A stretch of 64,000 nucleotides of DNA from Mytilus edulis (GCF_963676685.1 NC_092346.1:35526001-35590000), one strand, 5' to 3'; shown: positions 1 through 12,944, counted from the stretch's first letter. Numbers and translations: made by a program. Notes: generated by a model not told the origin, from the sequence alone.

Positions 1-40
1 TTAATAAGATTGTAATGAATATTCATATAAAATCGAAATC

Positions 41-56
41 GAGGCTAAGCTAGGCA
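41..56 (+). repeat. Subterminal inverted repeat, left arm (GAGGCTAAGCTAGGCA)
   Basis: Exact reverse complement of 4518-4533; 16 nt upstream of the exonuclease ATG. Confidence 0.9.
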
Positions 57-72
57 ATTATTTGTAAACAAT

Positions 73-2091
73 ATGGCAGCATCAACAACAAACGGTACCT
101 CATCAAAAGATCTCTCACATTTACCAGATATATCATTTGCTTTTGTGGAAGAATTTATAAGAAAACACAGCCAGAGTTCAGGAAAAGAACAAATGACAAA
201 AGGATTCAAATACTACAGCGAGGAATACGTACATTCTGTGTCAGGTAAGGTCACTTGTTATGTTTGTTTACGAGGTGCACGTGAGAAATATTGTCTTTAC
301 ACAAACCATTATTTTACCAGGAAATTATAACTTTTGACCATTATTTGTGCAGTAAAAATCATTATTCATATTCTTATTGTTTTAGTCTGCAGACTGCTGA
401 TTTATTTAGATAATTAACTCCGTATCTTGATCCTGATAATCACGTATAAATCAGCTGAATAAGTGAAGGGTAGCAATCATGCATGAACCCTCTTTGACAG
501 AAAGTATATTATTATTAGTAACAGATAATTAAACTTGTTTACATAGTTTTATATGTTAAATTTTATAGGTGTTTAGTATAAAAAAATGTATTTTTTTTTA
601 CAGTGCATCCTGATGATACTGGGTGTTTGGTCAAAGGAAAATGTTTTAGATCACAAAGAAAAAACGAGTCTCCACATGATGTCAAGGTAGGCATACATTT
701 TATTTCACTTGTTGTACTAAACATAGAATATAAATATTAACTTTATATCCTCCTCAAAAAATATTTTGCAAATAAACAATTTCATACAATAATAAAGAAC
801 TTTACATATTAATCAATACATGCATATGAATATAATAAAATTAGTAACAAAATATTAAACTAATACATCTCAAATTCTTTCACAGATCATGCTAAATGGA
901 GGGCAGATTGAATATTCATTCTGTACATGTACAATTGGACAAAGTGGTTACTGTGGACATGTGTCAGCCCTTCTTTACCAACTTGCACACTACAAATCCC
1001 TGAAAATGAAGTTAATTCCAACAGATATTGCGAAAACATCTTTACCACAGACGTGGCATGTTCCACGAGGCCAGAAATTACATGGTGAAAAGGCTGATAA
1101 CATCGTTGTGCAGGGTTATGACCGTGAGGATCCCCAACGAGCTACAAAGGGAATAAAGTCTACCCTATATAATCCTATTCCTGGGAACGAAGCTATTAAT
1201 GTCAATGACTTATTGGTCCAGGTTAACGATATGGACATTTTGTTTGACACTGTGGTGACAGAACACAGGACAGAACTAGTTCAAACTGAATTTGGTAAAT
1301 TCCCTAAAGGAAGCATTCTCAGTTATCAACAAAAAATGGCAAGTGACTACCTCCTCAACTTAATGGATAATAATTCATTTCCAGAATTACCATTGAAAAA
1401 TGTCATGATTAACAATTTTGAAACTGTTCTCATGAAAGACCAGTTAAAAAAGTATGACTCCTTGAAGGTTACACTGCTGGAAAGTAAAGAGATTGAGGAA
1501 GGAACACGTCTTCAATCGAATGATCCTAAATGGCATAAAATTAGACGTGATCGTATCACAGCATCACATGCAGGAGAAATAGCCAAGAGAAGAGCTGATG
1601 GGGCTAAACTTGCTGAACGCTTGCAGTCAACTAGACATGTTCAGACAGCAGCTATGAAACGTGGTATAGAATGTGAGGTTACTGCAGCCCAAGCCTATAG
1701 CAAGGTGATGAATGACAATGTCAACTTATATCCATGTGGTGTGATTGTAAATCCCTGGTGTCACTGGCTTGCAGCTACCCCAGACAGAAAAGTATATGCA
1801 CCTGATAGAAATCAACCACATGGTTTGTTGGAAATAAAGTGTCCAAACACTGACCAATTATCAAGCGTCAAATGTCTTCATTTAATTGACGGGGAGCTAA
1901 AATTGAAAAAAAATGATAACTATCATTATCAAATACAAATGCAAATGGCCGTGACAGGATTAGACTGGTGTGACTTTTTTGTTTGGCTTGAAAATGATTC
2001 ACATTTGGAAACAGTTTATTTTGATAGTGAATTTTGGGAAGCTACAAAAGACAAACTTGATTTGTTTTTCAACACTTATTTTTTGAACTAA
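73..2091 (+). CDS. SWIM zinc finger + YqaJ-like (lambda-exonuclease family) protein, ~486 aa, 3 exons
   Basis: Exons 73-244, 604-686 and 886-2091 join in frame across GT-AG introns. SWIM motif CTCTIGQSGYCGH; YqaJ motifs WHKIRRDRITAS, G-x3-E, ATPD, LLEIKCP, YHYQIQMQM. Confidence 0.88.
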
Positions 2092-2151
2092 ATTATGTCA
2101 ATGTATGCATGTATAAATGAAACACTATGCCAACTTTTAATTAGTGATGAT

Positions 2152-4502
2152 TTAGTTTTTTTGCTTAATTAATGGTCTTCTGAACAGAGTCAATAGATTA
2201 GCAACAGTCCATAACTGATTCACAGATCCAGCTAATGAAAGTGGGACTGTATACTGTAAAAGTCTATATTCTTTAGCCCGCTTTATATGCCGCTCAACAT
2301 GTATTCTTAAGGATGCAATTTTTTGATTGTCCTCAATTTGTGACGGTGTAAACTGTCCATCACTGCAAAGGAAGTGTGGCGTAGCTATTGACACACCTGT
2401 ATCTTTAAGTAATTTATTTAAAATAAACCCTTTATCCGCCATTATTTGGTCTCCTGGTTCTAATAAGTCAATAAGTCCACTATGCTTGGTAATTTCTATG
2501 TCAGACATACATCCAGAATATAATGCAGAAATGAAAGTGATAGCACCATGTGGCGATATTCCGACCAGTCCTTTCCAGGTGTTGTGACTTTTGTATGATG
2601 AAAAGGTTTTTGACGCCAAGGCTAAAGAAGAAGGTCTTTCTGTAAAAATTTCGGTACAGTCTATTATCACACGCGTGTTAGGGTACAGAAGTTTGAAGTC
2701 CTGTGGCATATGCTCCATTATTTTACCCCTACTAGGCCAGATATTAATGCCACCCAATATGAAATATAAATAATTTGTCCAAGTTATTATTTTTCTGCTT
2801 ACTGTTGATGCATGAATGTTAAATCTTACTGACAAGTCCTCAGTCAGAAAACCACACCTTAACCTACATAAAAACATAAACAGTTCATCAATAGGATCCA
2901 TTGACTTTGGACGTCCTCTATTGCTGGGTTCCTCAGAAGACTTATAATACACAGTTTTCATTCTTGTTGCAGTAGGCTTGATAGCAGAATAGAAAATTAA
3001 AAATAAATCAAAAGTTGGAAATCCAGTATAAAACTCTATCATTTCATGGTCGTAAGAAAATCTTGTTACTCCAAACCGTTCCATTTGTAATTTCTGGTTT
3101 AAACTTGCCAGCTCATAGGTCTTGTCTTTAAGTTCAGAGTCCTTTTGCTGTACCACATGTTCAAGTTTCTCAATTTTCTCAAGACAGTCAGCATGAATGT
3201 TAGAATCACAACTCCTGTCAATATAAAATAAATGTATTAAGTAATGGTATAATCTCCTTAACATTAAAAAGGGGGAAGTAGTTTTAAAGCACACTGTGTT
3301 TCCTTTTGATTTTATAAAATATTTTTATGTTTTCTTTTCAATTATTTTGAAAATAATTATATACATAAAAAAAACATGCAAGTTCAATTTAAATTTGGGT
3401 TTGTACATTTAATATTTTTTTATTTTGAATTAATACATTCTGATAACTAAACTTACATGTCATTTTCATGATCAACACTTTGTGAATTGTGAACTTCACA
3501 GACACTATCCTCTACAACCATTTCATCTTCATCTTCACGATCGTCAACTTTCATCTTTTTGAAAAGGGACTGTCTTGATGTGGGGGCCTTTCTGCTGCTT
3601 TCATTTAATTTCCAATCAAAGACAGATGGAACAGCTTCTGGTTTGAGACATTTTCTGTTAGGAGTCCAGCGGTAATCTTCCTTCTTGAAATGTTTGGAAC
3701 AAACCACTGTATTTCCTCCAATCTGAAAACAAACACAAATTAATAGGTTTCGTTCTTGTATTTATATAACATTGTTCTTAAGTTATCATATTTATAATGT
3801 AGACCAGTAACATATTTATAAAAAAAATAAGAAGTTTATTCTTTTTATTATTTAATAAATAAAAGTATTTGCAATTTACAAATGTGTTTATAGGTAAATT
3901 ATAATTTTAACAGAATGTTGAGAATGAAATTGTTGGTGTTGTTTACGAATACATCACATTATTTTCATTCTATATGACCATGACGACAGACGTGTTTGAA
4001 GTTCCAAATGCATATTATATTTATAACAGTCTCGTACACACAGTGATAAAAACAACATGGGATAAATTAATTACACATATCTACAGATATGGGATGAAGG
4101 AAAAATCGCTATCAACATGTGGTAACAGTTTGACATGTAACACTTAAACAGATGTTTTACGGCTAAAATAAAAGTATTGTTAAAGAAAAATATTGTTGAA
4201 CAAAATCTTATAGTCTGTCTGAAACTAATTATTGAAAATTGGGACAGGTATTACATATAAAACAACATTATCGGCTTCTATGAAAAGTGTAAACAAATGC
4301 ACGTGTTTCTAGTATTTACCTTGAAAAATTCACCTTCATCTCTACGGATTGCAACAATCCACTGTTTTCTTGTTAGCATTTTCTTTTCTGATGGTATATG
4401 ATGAAAACTCAACTCTTTATTAGTTCTGGCATTGCCGTTACAAAATGGCACACAACAGTATTCATCTCTTTGTTTACTTGTTGATGCTGCTGGAGAAGCC
4501 AT
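2152..4502 (-). CDS. THAP + HTH + DDE (Harbinger/IS5-like) transposase, ~503 aa, 3 exons
   Basis: Exons 4502-4320, 3722-3457 and 3214-2152 join in frame across GT-AG introns. THAP: CCVPFC...FH...W...CSKHF...AVPSVF. HTH: LFMFLCRLR...DLSVRF...STVSR. Catalytic triad in IIDCTE / MADKGF / RIHVER. Confidence 0.9.
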
Positions 4503-4517
4503 TATTGATAATACCGG

Positions 4518-4533
4518 TGCCTAGCTTAGCCTC
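4518..4533 (-). repeat. Subterminal inverted repeat, right arm
   Basis: TGCCTAGCTTAGCCTC, reverse complement of 41-56; 15 nt upstream of the transposase ATG. Confidence 0.9.
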
Positions 4534-4703
4534 ATTTTCGAAAATTGAACTCTGGGTCAATGCATACATGAATAACTTTTAAGAACCGTCTATACCCCTT
4601 TCACACCGGTCAATACATACAAATGATTAACCTGCACTCACTCGTACAGTCATAGCACTTTCTCAAAATGAAGCTGCCTTACAATAAATTATACACAATG
4701 ATC

Positions 4704-4887
4704 TACTGTAAATTCAGAAATTATTGCGTGCGTTAATTATGGCGATTTTGTCTTTTTAAACTAAAACGCAATTTTAATTTTTGTGATATTTTGAAAATTT
4801 CTAATTAATTCATTTTTAAATGTGAGTTTAAAGTATATCGATTATAACTCTGTTGCATTTTTCGCAATAATTTCTGAATTTACAGTA
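4704..4887. mobile_element. MITE with TA target duplication (Tc1/mariner-type), specific to unit A
   Basis: TA|CTGTAAATTCAGAAATTATTGCG ... CGCAATAATTTCTGAATTTACAG|TA; empty site ATCTATAAC at ~20277 and ~39901. Confidence 0.85.
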
Positions 4888-7506
4888 TAACGGACACTAC
4901 CCTTCAGATGTTTACTTGTAAATAGTACTGCATTATCCTATTGAAGGCAATAGATATATTTAGTAATTATTTACACTTGGTTGCAAAAGTGTATGCCATA
5001 ACTTAATACCACAAAAATATCCTTGAAATAATGCATCCGAAATTTAAATATTTGAAGTCATAGTTCAAAAGTGATTGTTGCATGATGTCAGAAAATAATT
5101 CAAAGACCAATCTAAGATTAATTTGAGGCAAATTCAGCAAGTGTAAAAAGTCTATTATATTTGCCAATAAAAACTTTTAACAATCTCATGACAGTACTAA
5201 CTTTTCAATGGTAAGAACACTATTTTCTTGGAACAAATGAGATTCCATGATGAATCAGTGTCTTCATGATTTTTAAGTACAAATTCTAAGTCAGTCATGA
5301 TTTTATGGTGTAAGATGAGTGACTCCCCCTTTTCCTTATTATGAGTCCCTTCCCCCTCACCGATCAGCTTTCCTCATCATCTTCCATTTGTTGTTTCCAT
5401 TTCTTAGCCATAGCTAACAGTTTAAGATTTGGTTGAGAAGCTTCTTCATCAGAGAATATATAATCATGGTATTCTTCCCAGCCTGCATCAGACTGAAATA
5501 AAATGGTGGAAGATGTATTGATAATTTGGGAAAAGTTAATTTCTTCAATTTTAAAGCAATTAGATCATCCAAATGAATGCCATGTGTTTCTTTATGCATT
5601 TCAGATCAATCTTTAAAGACAATATATATGGAAGTTTTTTGGGGGGAAGTTAAAATATCAATGATCCCATGACCAAACTGATTTATTTTGACAATTTTCT
5701 TGACCTTAATTCTGACATTGCCTAAAGTTCAAAGCATACAACAGGATAATTTTAGAATAATTTCTTAATCATTAATAAAACCCTATTTAGAATTTTCCAC
5801 TTAATAATATGTTAAACTGCTTCTTGTCTTCATATGCTTAAAATAACATGTCAGTTTTCAAAAATATGATTGGTTCCCTTTCCCCATTTTATCAAAAATA
5901 TCCAATTCATTATTGTTTATAAAGAACAGGCATGGAAAAATATTGAAATTTTTTACAACACCATATGGAATATATCTTATCCAATAAAAAAAACCAAATT
6001 ATTTGATATGACTTTTTGAACAAGAACATCCCATAAACAAGCAGAGAACAAACCCCATCCTCTGTTTGGATTTTCCTCCTTTTCTTGATTTTCTGTGGCA
6101 TTAACTTGTCTACATGTTTACGTGTCTCTTCATCCCCATTATCTACCTGTAAATAAAAATAATAAGTTAATAGGTGAAACAAATCTTTGAAGTGTTCGAG
6201 TGGTCTAAGTAGTTCACTAGCATTGATCATTAACCTGTCAACACTCAGGTTTTGGAGTTTGAACCCCAGTCATAGCAGATCAAACTGCATAGGTCATTTC
6301 TTTATAAAACTTTAAAGTGAATATCTCTTAGTCCTAAACATTAATATGCGGAATTTGCATTCTAGGCCTAAGCTTTTTCAGAAAAAGCTGAAATTTTTTT
6401 TAGGCATATTTACCTAAATGGTCTTTCAACATAGTATGATTGTAATGTGGACAAAGGAAGATAACTCTGTTTTCAAACTATACTACTTTCACAAAGACAA
6501 TAATTTTAGAACATAACAAGGTGCATGCACCCTTCACATTTTATCTATATTTTTTTTTACATGCATGGTTATATAAATACATATAACTCTGCATATTTAA
6601 TATCTGAATTTATATTTCAATTGTAGATTTCTTGAAATATTAAGGGATATGATGTACAGATCGATCGAGTGTTTATCTCAAAAGTAGTGATAAAGTTTTT
6701 GAAAAATTGATAAGTATCAAGCAAGACATATTAGGGTTTGATACATCTGTGCAATCTTTCTCCCAATACTAGCAAGCATAAAATCTTCATTGAAGGGTAA
6801 TAACTCTCAAAAGGAGTCATTAAACATGTTAAATGGTTACAATCAGATTGGCATTTTGCAAATCTATTTCTATTCATTTTTGCAGTTGTTTCAATAAAGT
6901 TCAGTTAAAATACAAAAGACAAAAGCCATCACTTGAGAGACAATACCTCTGTAAGGATAGACATATATTTTTCTTACTTTTGCAATGCTAATATCAGTTT
7001 TGTAGAAACATAAAAAAGTCTAATTTGAAGGTATAAAAAACTCCTTTTAAAAGGGATTTGAGATGTAGCTCTACTGCTTGTGATCCTTTTAACTTGTACT
7101 GCTTTATTCCATTCCACTTTATTCCACAAATAATCGATTGCTGCATTTTAAGTTGAGATGATCTATTCAATAGATAACTATACCCAACAGTGCATCAATC
7201 AAATGTGTATCAATGTGAAAAATGCATAAGTAAGGTTACAAGGAAGAACAAGTGCCTTTTAAGCATAAAACCAAGGGACATTGTTGTACTTCATTAAAAT
7301 TAGTTCAATGGTTAAACTAACAAAGTAACAGACTGAATTACAATAAGTTGGTGTTGTTTTTAGTCTTTTGATTTATTTTTAAATGTGTAGAACCACAAGG
7401 AAAATTATTACAAATTCTTAATTGAACTGAGTGTTTTGGTAATGATCATAATGTCTATATGTTTTTTGCACCTAGATGTTGTTAAATGAATTGGGTACAC
7501 TCCATT

Positions 7507-7676
7507 TACTGTGGATTCATTTATTTTTGTGGTCATTTAATTTCGTGATTTTGCTGCAGTCATTATACAAGCCTTTATACAATTTGTCATCCATTGAACA
7601 TTTAATTTTGTGGTTCGCCTATAGCCACGAAATCCATGAAATTTGGTATCCAATGAATAATAATGAATCCACAGTA
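7507..7676. mobile_element. Short TA-flanked MITE
   Basis: TACTGTGGATTCATT ... AATGAATCCACAGTA terminal inverted repeats; relatives at ~20543-20751, ~40272-40482 and 60584-60807. Confidence 0.75.
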
Positions 7677-8098
7677 TCTTGCTTTTCAAGAACATTATGA
7701 TCTTGAAAATCGTGAAAAGACCCACTTCTTAATTATTTAAAATTTTGCATTGACAATAATATCTTGGTGTAAACTTGATACACCCATGCGGCTCACACCT
7801 TCAAGGTGTATCTAATAAATAAAAAGGACAATAATGTATTGCAAAAGGTCAGTTGAGGTGAGATTATTAGTAGAAAATGATATAAACCATTCTAAATACA
7901 TAAATTTCAATATCTATTGTATTATAATCGATGTTCTCAAATTTAAATATAAATTTTATACAACCACTGATTTAAATGCTCATTGTTATCATGTTATTAG
8001 TATATTAACTCTAAGTACAAGGGCATTTAACTTGTTGATCTTAACAACCCCAAAATAGATCAAACAAGGAAGTGAATTATCTGACACACCTGACAAAT

Positions 8099-9787
8099 AT
8101 GGCTTCCTCTCAGCCGTTTGGAGGAGGTCAAGTCCCTGTTAACTGTAAATTATGTGAAACAGATAGACCAATACAGTGGAAATGCATAGACTGCAGTATT
8201 CTGATGTGTGGTCATTGCAAGGAGAAGGTACATTCACAATTCAAAAATGCACAAGATCATAAGATCATAAAAAGAGAAGAGATTGGATTACATAGTGAAG
8301 AACTGGATTTTACCAATATCAAGTGTGATGAACATGCTGGACAATCATCATGCCTTTTCTGTAATACCTGTGACGTCCTTGTGTGTCCAACCTGTGTTGC
8401 TAAAGTTCATAAGAAGCATGATTTAATTGAAATTATTGATGAATACAAAATGAAAATTGATAAACTGAAAAAAGGACAAAATAAAATGCAAAAGAACAAC
8501 TTTAACATGAAAGAAAAGAGAAATGAGCTCAATAAACTTATGTCAGCAGAAAACTCAAAGTATTCAAAAGTAAGACAAGATATTCTTAAGCATGAGAAGA
8601 CTGTTAAAGAACAAGTAGACAAATATTTTAAGGAACTCTTAAATAAATTGGATCAAAGTCATGAAACTATTTTAACAACAGTTAAATCGGATCTTAATAC
8701 TATATCAATATTCACAAACCAGACAGAAGACAAAATCAACCAAGTCCAAGATTTTATTGAGATTACCAGTGCTACTGATTTCTTCAAAGGTGTTAAAGAG
8801 ATGGAGAATTCTACTGAAATCCAAAAACCACGAACCAAGCCAAGCTACACTTCTTCACCAAAATTTGTTCCAGGGAATGTTACCCAATCTCACATTGGAT
8901 CATTACAAGATGATTGGAACTTGTTATCAGAAATAAACATCTCCCTAATCATCAATAATCAATATCTGACTGAACTTGAAGCAATATTACATGTAAGTCC
9001 ATGCCTTGACCGGTCAATTTGGATAAGTTCTGGTAAACTTGGAATATTACAGAGAGTAAAACCTGAAGGAACCAATCTGAAGGTGCTGTCTACATTCAAT
9101 ATTGTAGTATATGGAATGGCAATTACCCATTCTTATCAACTGCTTCTGTGTGTTAAAGACAAAACAAGGTTACAACAAATCAGCAGTACTGGTGAACTGA
9201 CTGAATCTGTTTATGATGTAAAACCTTTCTTTCCCATAGCCATACATGTTATCAGTGAAAATAAACTTATAGTTGGAGCTTATGATAGAGAACTAAAAAT
9301 AGGTGCTGTGATAATTATGAACAAGAAAGGAGACAAGGAGGCTGTATATGAACATGATGAACATAATCAACCTTTTTTTAATAACCCTATGAATATAACC
9401 ACTACCTGTAATGGAAATATATATGTATTCGATAAGATTTCAGATGATTGGAATGATAAAGTAGTGGTCTTAGGACCAGGAGGTCATATAATAAACCAAT
9501 ACACAGGTCATTCAACCATTAACAGGCATGTACCATTCAAACCAGTAGACATTGTGAAAACACCAAGTGACAATGTTGTTGTGATAGATCTGAGTACCCA
9601 AATCTTACACATCCTCAATGACAATGGTAATTTTATTTCATATTTCAATACCAAGGACATAGGAATCAAATTTCCATATTCTATTGCTATCAACACAATA
9701 GGACAACTTTATATAGGATGTGGTAGGGCTGCAGGTAGTCAAACTAAAGATGCAAAGCTATATGAAATAAACATTGCAGGATTCTAA
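8099..9787 (+). CDS. RING-less TRIM-like protein copy 1 (B-box1, B-box2, coiled coil, NHL-like beta-propeller), 562 aa, nested antisense in a CRNKL1 intron
   Basis: Uninterrupted ORF from ATG 8099. B-box1 CKLC...CIDC-x4-CGHC...H...H; B-box2 CDEH-x7-CNTC-x4-CPTC...HKKH; K/E/Q-rich helical region; C-terminal beta-strand repeats (P..I.TT.NGNIYV.D, P.DIV.T..DNVVV.D, P.SIA.N..GQLYIGC). Confidence 0.9.
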   Translation: MASSQPFGGGQVPVNCKLCETDRPIQWKCIDCSILMCGHCKEKVHSQFKNAQDHKIIKREEIGLHSEELDFTNIKCDEHAGQSSCLFCNTCDVLVCPTCVAKVHKKHDLIEIIDEYKMKIDKLKKGQNKMQKNNFNMKEKRNELNKLMSAENSKYSKVRQDILKHEKTVKEQVDKYFKELLNKLDQSHETILTTVKSDLNTISIFTNQTEDKINQVQDFIEITSATDFFKGVKEMENSTEIQKPRTKPSYTSSPKFVPGNVTQSHIGSLQDDWNLLSEINISLIINNQYLTELEAILHVSPCLDRSIWISSGKLGILQRVKPEGTNLKVLSTFNIVVYGMAITHSYQLLLCVKDKTRLQQISSTGELTESVYDVKPFFPIAIHVISENKLIVGAYDRELKIGAVIIMNKKGDKEAVYEHDEHNQPFFNNPMNITTTCNGNIYVFDKISDDWNDKVVVLGPGGHIINQYTGHSTINRHVPFKPVDIVKTPSDNVVVIDLSTQILHILNDNGNFISYFNTKDIGIKFPYSIAINTIGQLYIGCGRAAGSQTKDAKLYEINIAGF

Positions 9788-12169
9788 AACATTCAAAACA
9801 CAACTTTGATAGAAGCTTGAAAAAAAAGCAAAAGGTTTTCATGTCATCTGAAAACTGAACCATAAAACTTAAATAAAAAGATAAAAATGAAAACAACACT
9901 TAAAGCATCTTAAACTCTGTTCTTACCGTAGCTACATCAGGAACTCTGAAGTCCAAATGTATGAAAGCCTATGAATCTACTTCAAATTGGGAAATTATAA
10001 CTCATCATTACTCCATTTACCGCTTGTCTTTCCTTTATGATGTCATCTTCTTAAGTTTTGTACATTTTTCTCAGTAGTTAATGGATTTAGAAGATTTCGT
10101 TATGTCTAATGGTAGTGTATGCACCAAATGTTCAATTGAAAAAAGCAACAGAAGAGTTCCTAATTTTTAAGTGCAATCTTACAGATTAGATATACATGTT
10201 TTCACTAAATATGTTATTCATATGGAGAGTATCATAGTGCATTCCAAGCCTTCAAAATAAATTGTCTGATATTCTGTATACAGAGGTATTAACTAAAGTG
10301 CAATTTCATTATCACAGATCTGAATCATTTATTGAAAAATCTGTGAAAATCAAATAAATCCATTTTTAAGGCAAATACTTATGAAATTAATGAAAAGTGA
10401 TTTTTTTCTTCATAAAAATAGTTTCATAGTTAATTTGTGTATGCACATTAAAAACAAAAAATTGGACTGGAAAACTGTAAATAAATGTGACAAACATTTG
10501 AAAAGTTATTGGATGCCTGATGATGATATTTAATGGACACATACAATACTTATATCAAAACACATGTACTAAGATACTGAACTAATAGAATTGTAACTTA
10601 TTTTTACAATCAAGATGAAGAACTATGACACTCGTGTTATCCTATTGGATATATACCTATTTGGAACATGATATTCACAGTGTGCTAGTGGAAACCAGGC
10701 AGAACTATGAAGTATGAACCTTTTGTTGCTTATTACATTTCCGATGATTTGTGAAACAGACTATTTACCAGAACATTAAATTTCTATGAACAATCTATTC
10801 TAATGTCATTTACAGAAATGGAAATTAACTTTGAACATGAAATACAATATGAACATGATGACAGTATGCTGTGTGAAAATTAAATCATTCCCTTTGATTA
10901 TTGTGATGTGTTGAATTATTTTTTTTTTCATTTATTAAGGTTTTATATAATTTATCAAACTATATTTAGCAAGAGGGAAATATAGTAGTGTTGATTTTCA
11001 TAAAAGCTTGAAGTGTTACATTTTGAATAATTTTCAGTATTTTAGATGTAATTATTTTTTTTAAAAATTAGAATTGCATACTTAGAATTTAGCTGTAAAT
11101 AATAGGTGTTGATTTTGATAGCAGTAGTTAAGAAAAGGCATTAATTGTTATTTCACATTACTTGAGATATAAGGGGCATATATACAATACTGTCAGAAGG
11201 GAGTTAATAACTTTGCTAACATAAATGTAGGTTTTTTTGTGACGTTATAATGTGACATATTGGGGAAAATGTGCATGGACCCCTCTTTTGGATTATTAAA
11301 TGTACCATTTTTTATGAACAAATCACAGATAATTTTTTTCAACTTAAACAAATATTCAACGAAAATGCTATTTTTTTCTTAAATCTTGAAAATTTTATTT
11401 TTCCAATTCATTGTTACATAAATTTAGAGCACACTTGTCCACAAAATATTCTTTTTTTCTTCCTTTAAATCATCCACTGATCTTTTGTCACAAAACAGTT
11501 AGAGATGTTTTTAGTAAATGTCTAATATTTCAAATGCATTTATCTCTAATATTAGAAGAACTGAAAGGTATCTTATATTCTATTACATATTGGAATTGAC
11601 TAGGCATGGTAGGTGTAAAATAGCTTGTATGCCATATTTAAAAAAAAGAAAGTTAAACTTAGATATATGTTAGAAACATGCTAGACAGTCAATTTAAATA
11701 TAAAGTTATGTGCAGTAGTTTTAAGCTTTTAGGTTAAGAATGACATTTTATATCTGGAATTGTGTATTATTTTAATCTGTTTCAACTGATCAATTATGAG
11801 CTAACTTGTTGAAATATGAATACTTGTTTAATAAACATATTTTGGAGTACTTTATGCTTGACAAATGACACCCCCCTCCCCCAAGAAGAGAAATCTTTGA
11901 AAAAGTATATATACAACAAAATTAGTAAAAAAAAAGTTGTTTCAGGCTCAGTCATCTATTTTTTTTCAGTTGGTTTGACATTTATGAAAATCTTATTTTG
12001 CTGTTTACAGTTTTTGGGATCTGCTTACCCATCCAGGACACCTGTCGTGAGATCACACCGAGTTTTTGGTGGGGTTTGTGTTGCTTAGTCGTTTTCTAGG
12101 GTATGTCTGTATATCATTGTTTGTCTTTCAGTCATTTTCCTTTTTTGGCAAAAGTGTTGTCAATTTATT

Positions 12170-12300
12170 TTTGACTGTGGTATGGGCTTTGTTCATAGTT
12201 GAAGGTCGTACAGTGACCTTTAGTTGTTAGTGTCTGTGTCATTTTGGTCTTTTGTGGATAATTGTCTCATTGGCAATCATACCTCATCTTTTTTTTTATA
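12170..12300. repeat. Interspersed repeat fragment shared by all units
   Basis: Same sequence at ~28220-28345 and ~52120-52245, and inverted at ~13440-13580 (AAGATGTGGTATGATTGCCAATGAGACAAC...). Confidence 0.6.
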
Positions 12301-12639
12301 TTATTAGTTTGAATGTTACTTTGGTATATTTTGCCTCTCTTTTACCTACACATTATTTTGTTTTTGAATTAAATTAGTCTCATGCAATAACTCATTTAGT
12401 AGTCATCCAATGGTTTTGGTTAAATGGGCATTTTTGTAGATCTTATATTATTGTTCATTTTTGATTAACTAGTTTCTCTCTATCAAATATGATTTTGAGT
12501 TATTAGCCAAAAAGAGGCATACTAGCCTAAAATCGACATCTGAGGGCAATCTGATAATTTTGATGCAAACAGGAAGAAGATAGAGATTGTGGATCCAAGC
12601 ATTTATGTCCCAGTTTGTTTCTTTTTATAACAGTTAAAA

Positions 12640-12944
12640 AAAAAAGAATGTGTTCATAATTCACAGATGTCCCACTGGCACTATCTTTATGATCAGTGGA
12701 CTTTAAATTTAGGTTCACAACTCTCTAATTTGGCATTAAAATAGGAAAGATCATACCATAGGAAACATGTGTACTAAGTTTCAAGTTGATTGAACTTCAA
12801 CTTCATCAAAACTACCTTGACCAATAACTTGAAACAGGACAGACAGATGAATAGACGAGAAAATGAAGAAATGGACAAAGGAACAGAAACAAAGACCAGA
12901 AAACATAATGCCCCACTACTATCTTAGCAGTGGGGGCATAAAAA
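12640..12944 (-). mobile_element. Old HINE/DINE-like element that predates the tandem duplication
   Basis: Decayed relative of the element at 58373-58843, with terminal hairpin ATGCCCC...GGGGCATAAAA; equivalent copies at ~28700-29000 and ~52600-52900. Confidence 0.7.

Larger units (their letters stand above)
1..4591. mobile_element. ISL2EU-type DNA transposon (PIF/Harbinger-related), apparently intact; left terminus probably a few bp before the window
   Basis: Convergent THAP-DDE transposase and YqaJ exonuclease genes, the gene pair known from ISL2EU. Right end ...AAGAACCGTCT|AT; from 4592 the sequence resumes homology with the empty paralogous sites (~20175, ~39800, TATATATACCACTTTCACAC), consistent with an AT target. 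16-bp subterminal inverted repeat at 41-56/4518-4533. Confidence 0.88.

Noticed and set aside
889-2091. Phage or bacterial YqaJ recombinase (contamination or horizontal transfer)
   Set aside because: The gene has spliceosomal introns and is paired with a THAP-DDE transposase, as expected for a eukaryotic ISL2EU element.
8072-8098. GTG-initiated N-terminal extensions of the TRIM ORFs (also 24106 and 47097)
   Set aside because: Artefact of alternative start codons in the ORF track; the first ATG is 27 nt downstream. An upstream exon spliced at AAATAG|ATC, possibly adding sequence, cannot be excluded, but no RING exon was found.
11271-12718. Short ORFs recurring in all three units
   Set aside because: They recur because the DNA is duplicated; frames and lengths differ between copies and the composition is that of AT-rich non-coding DNA.
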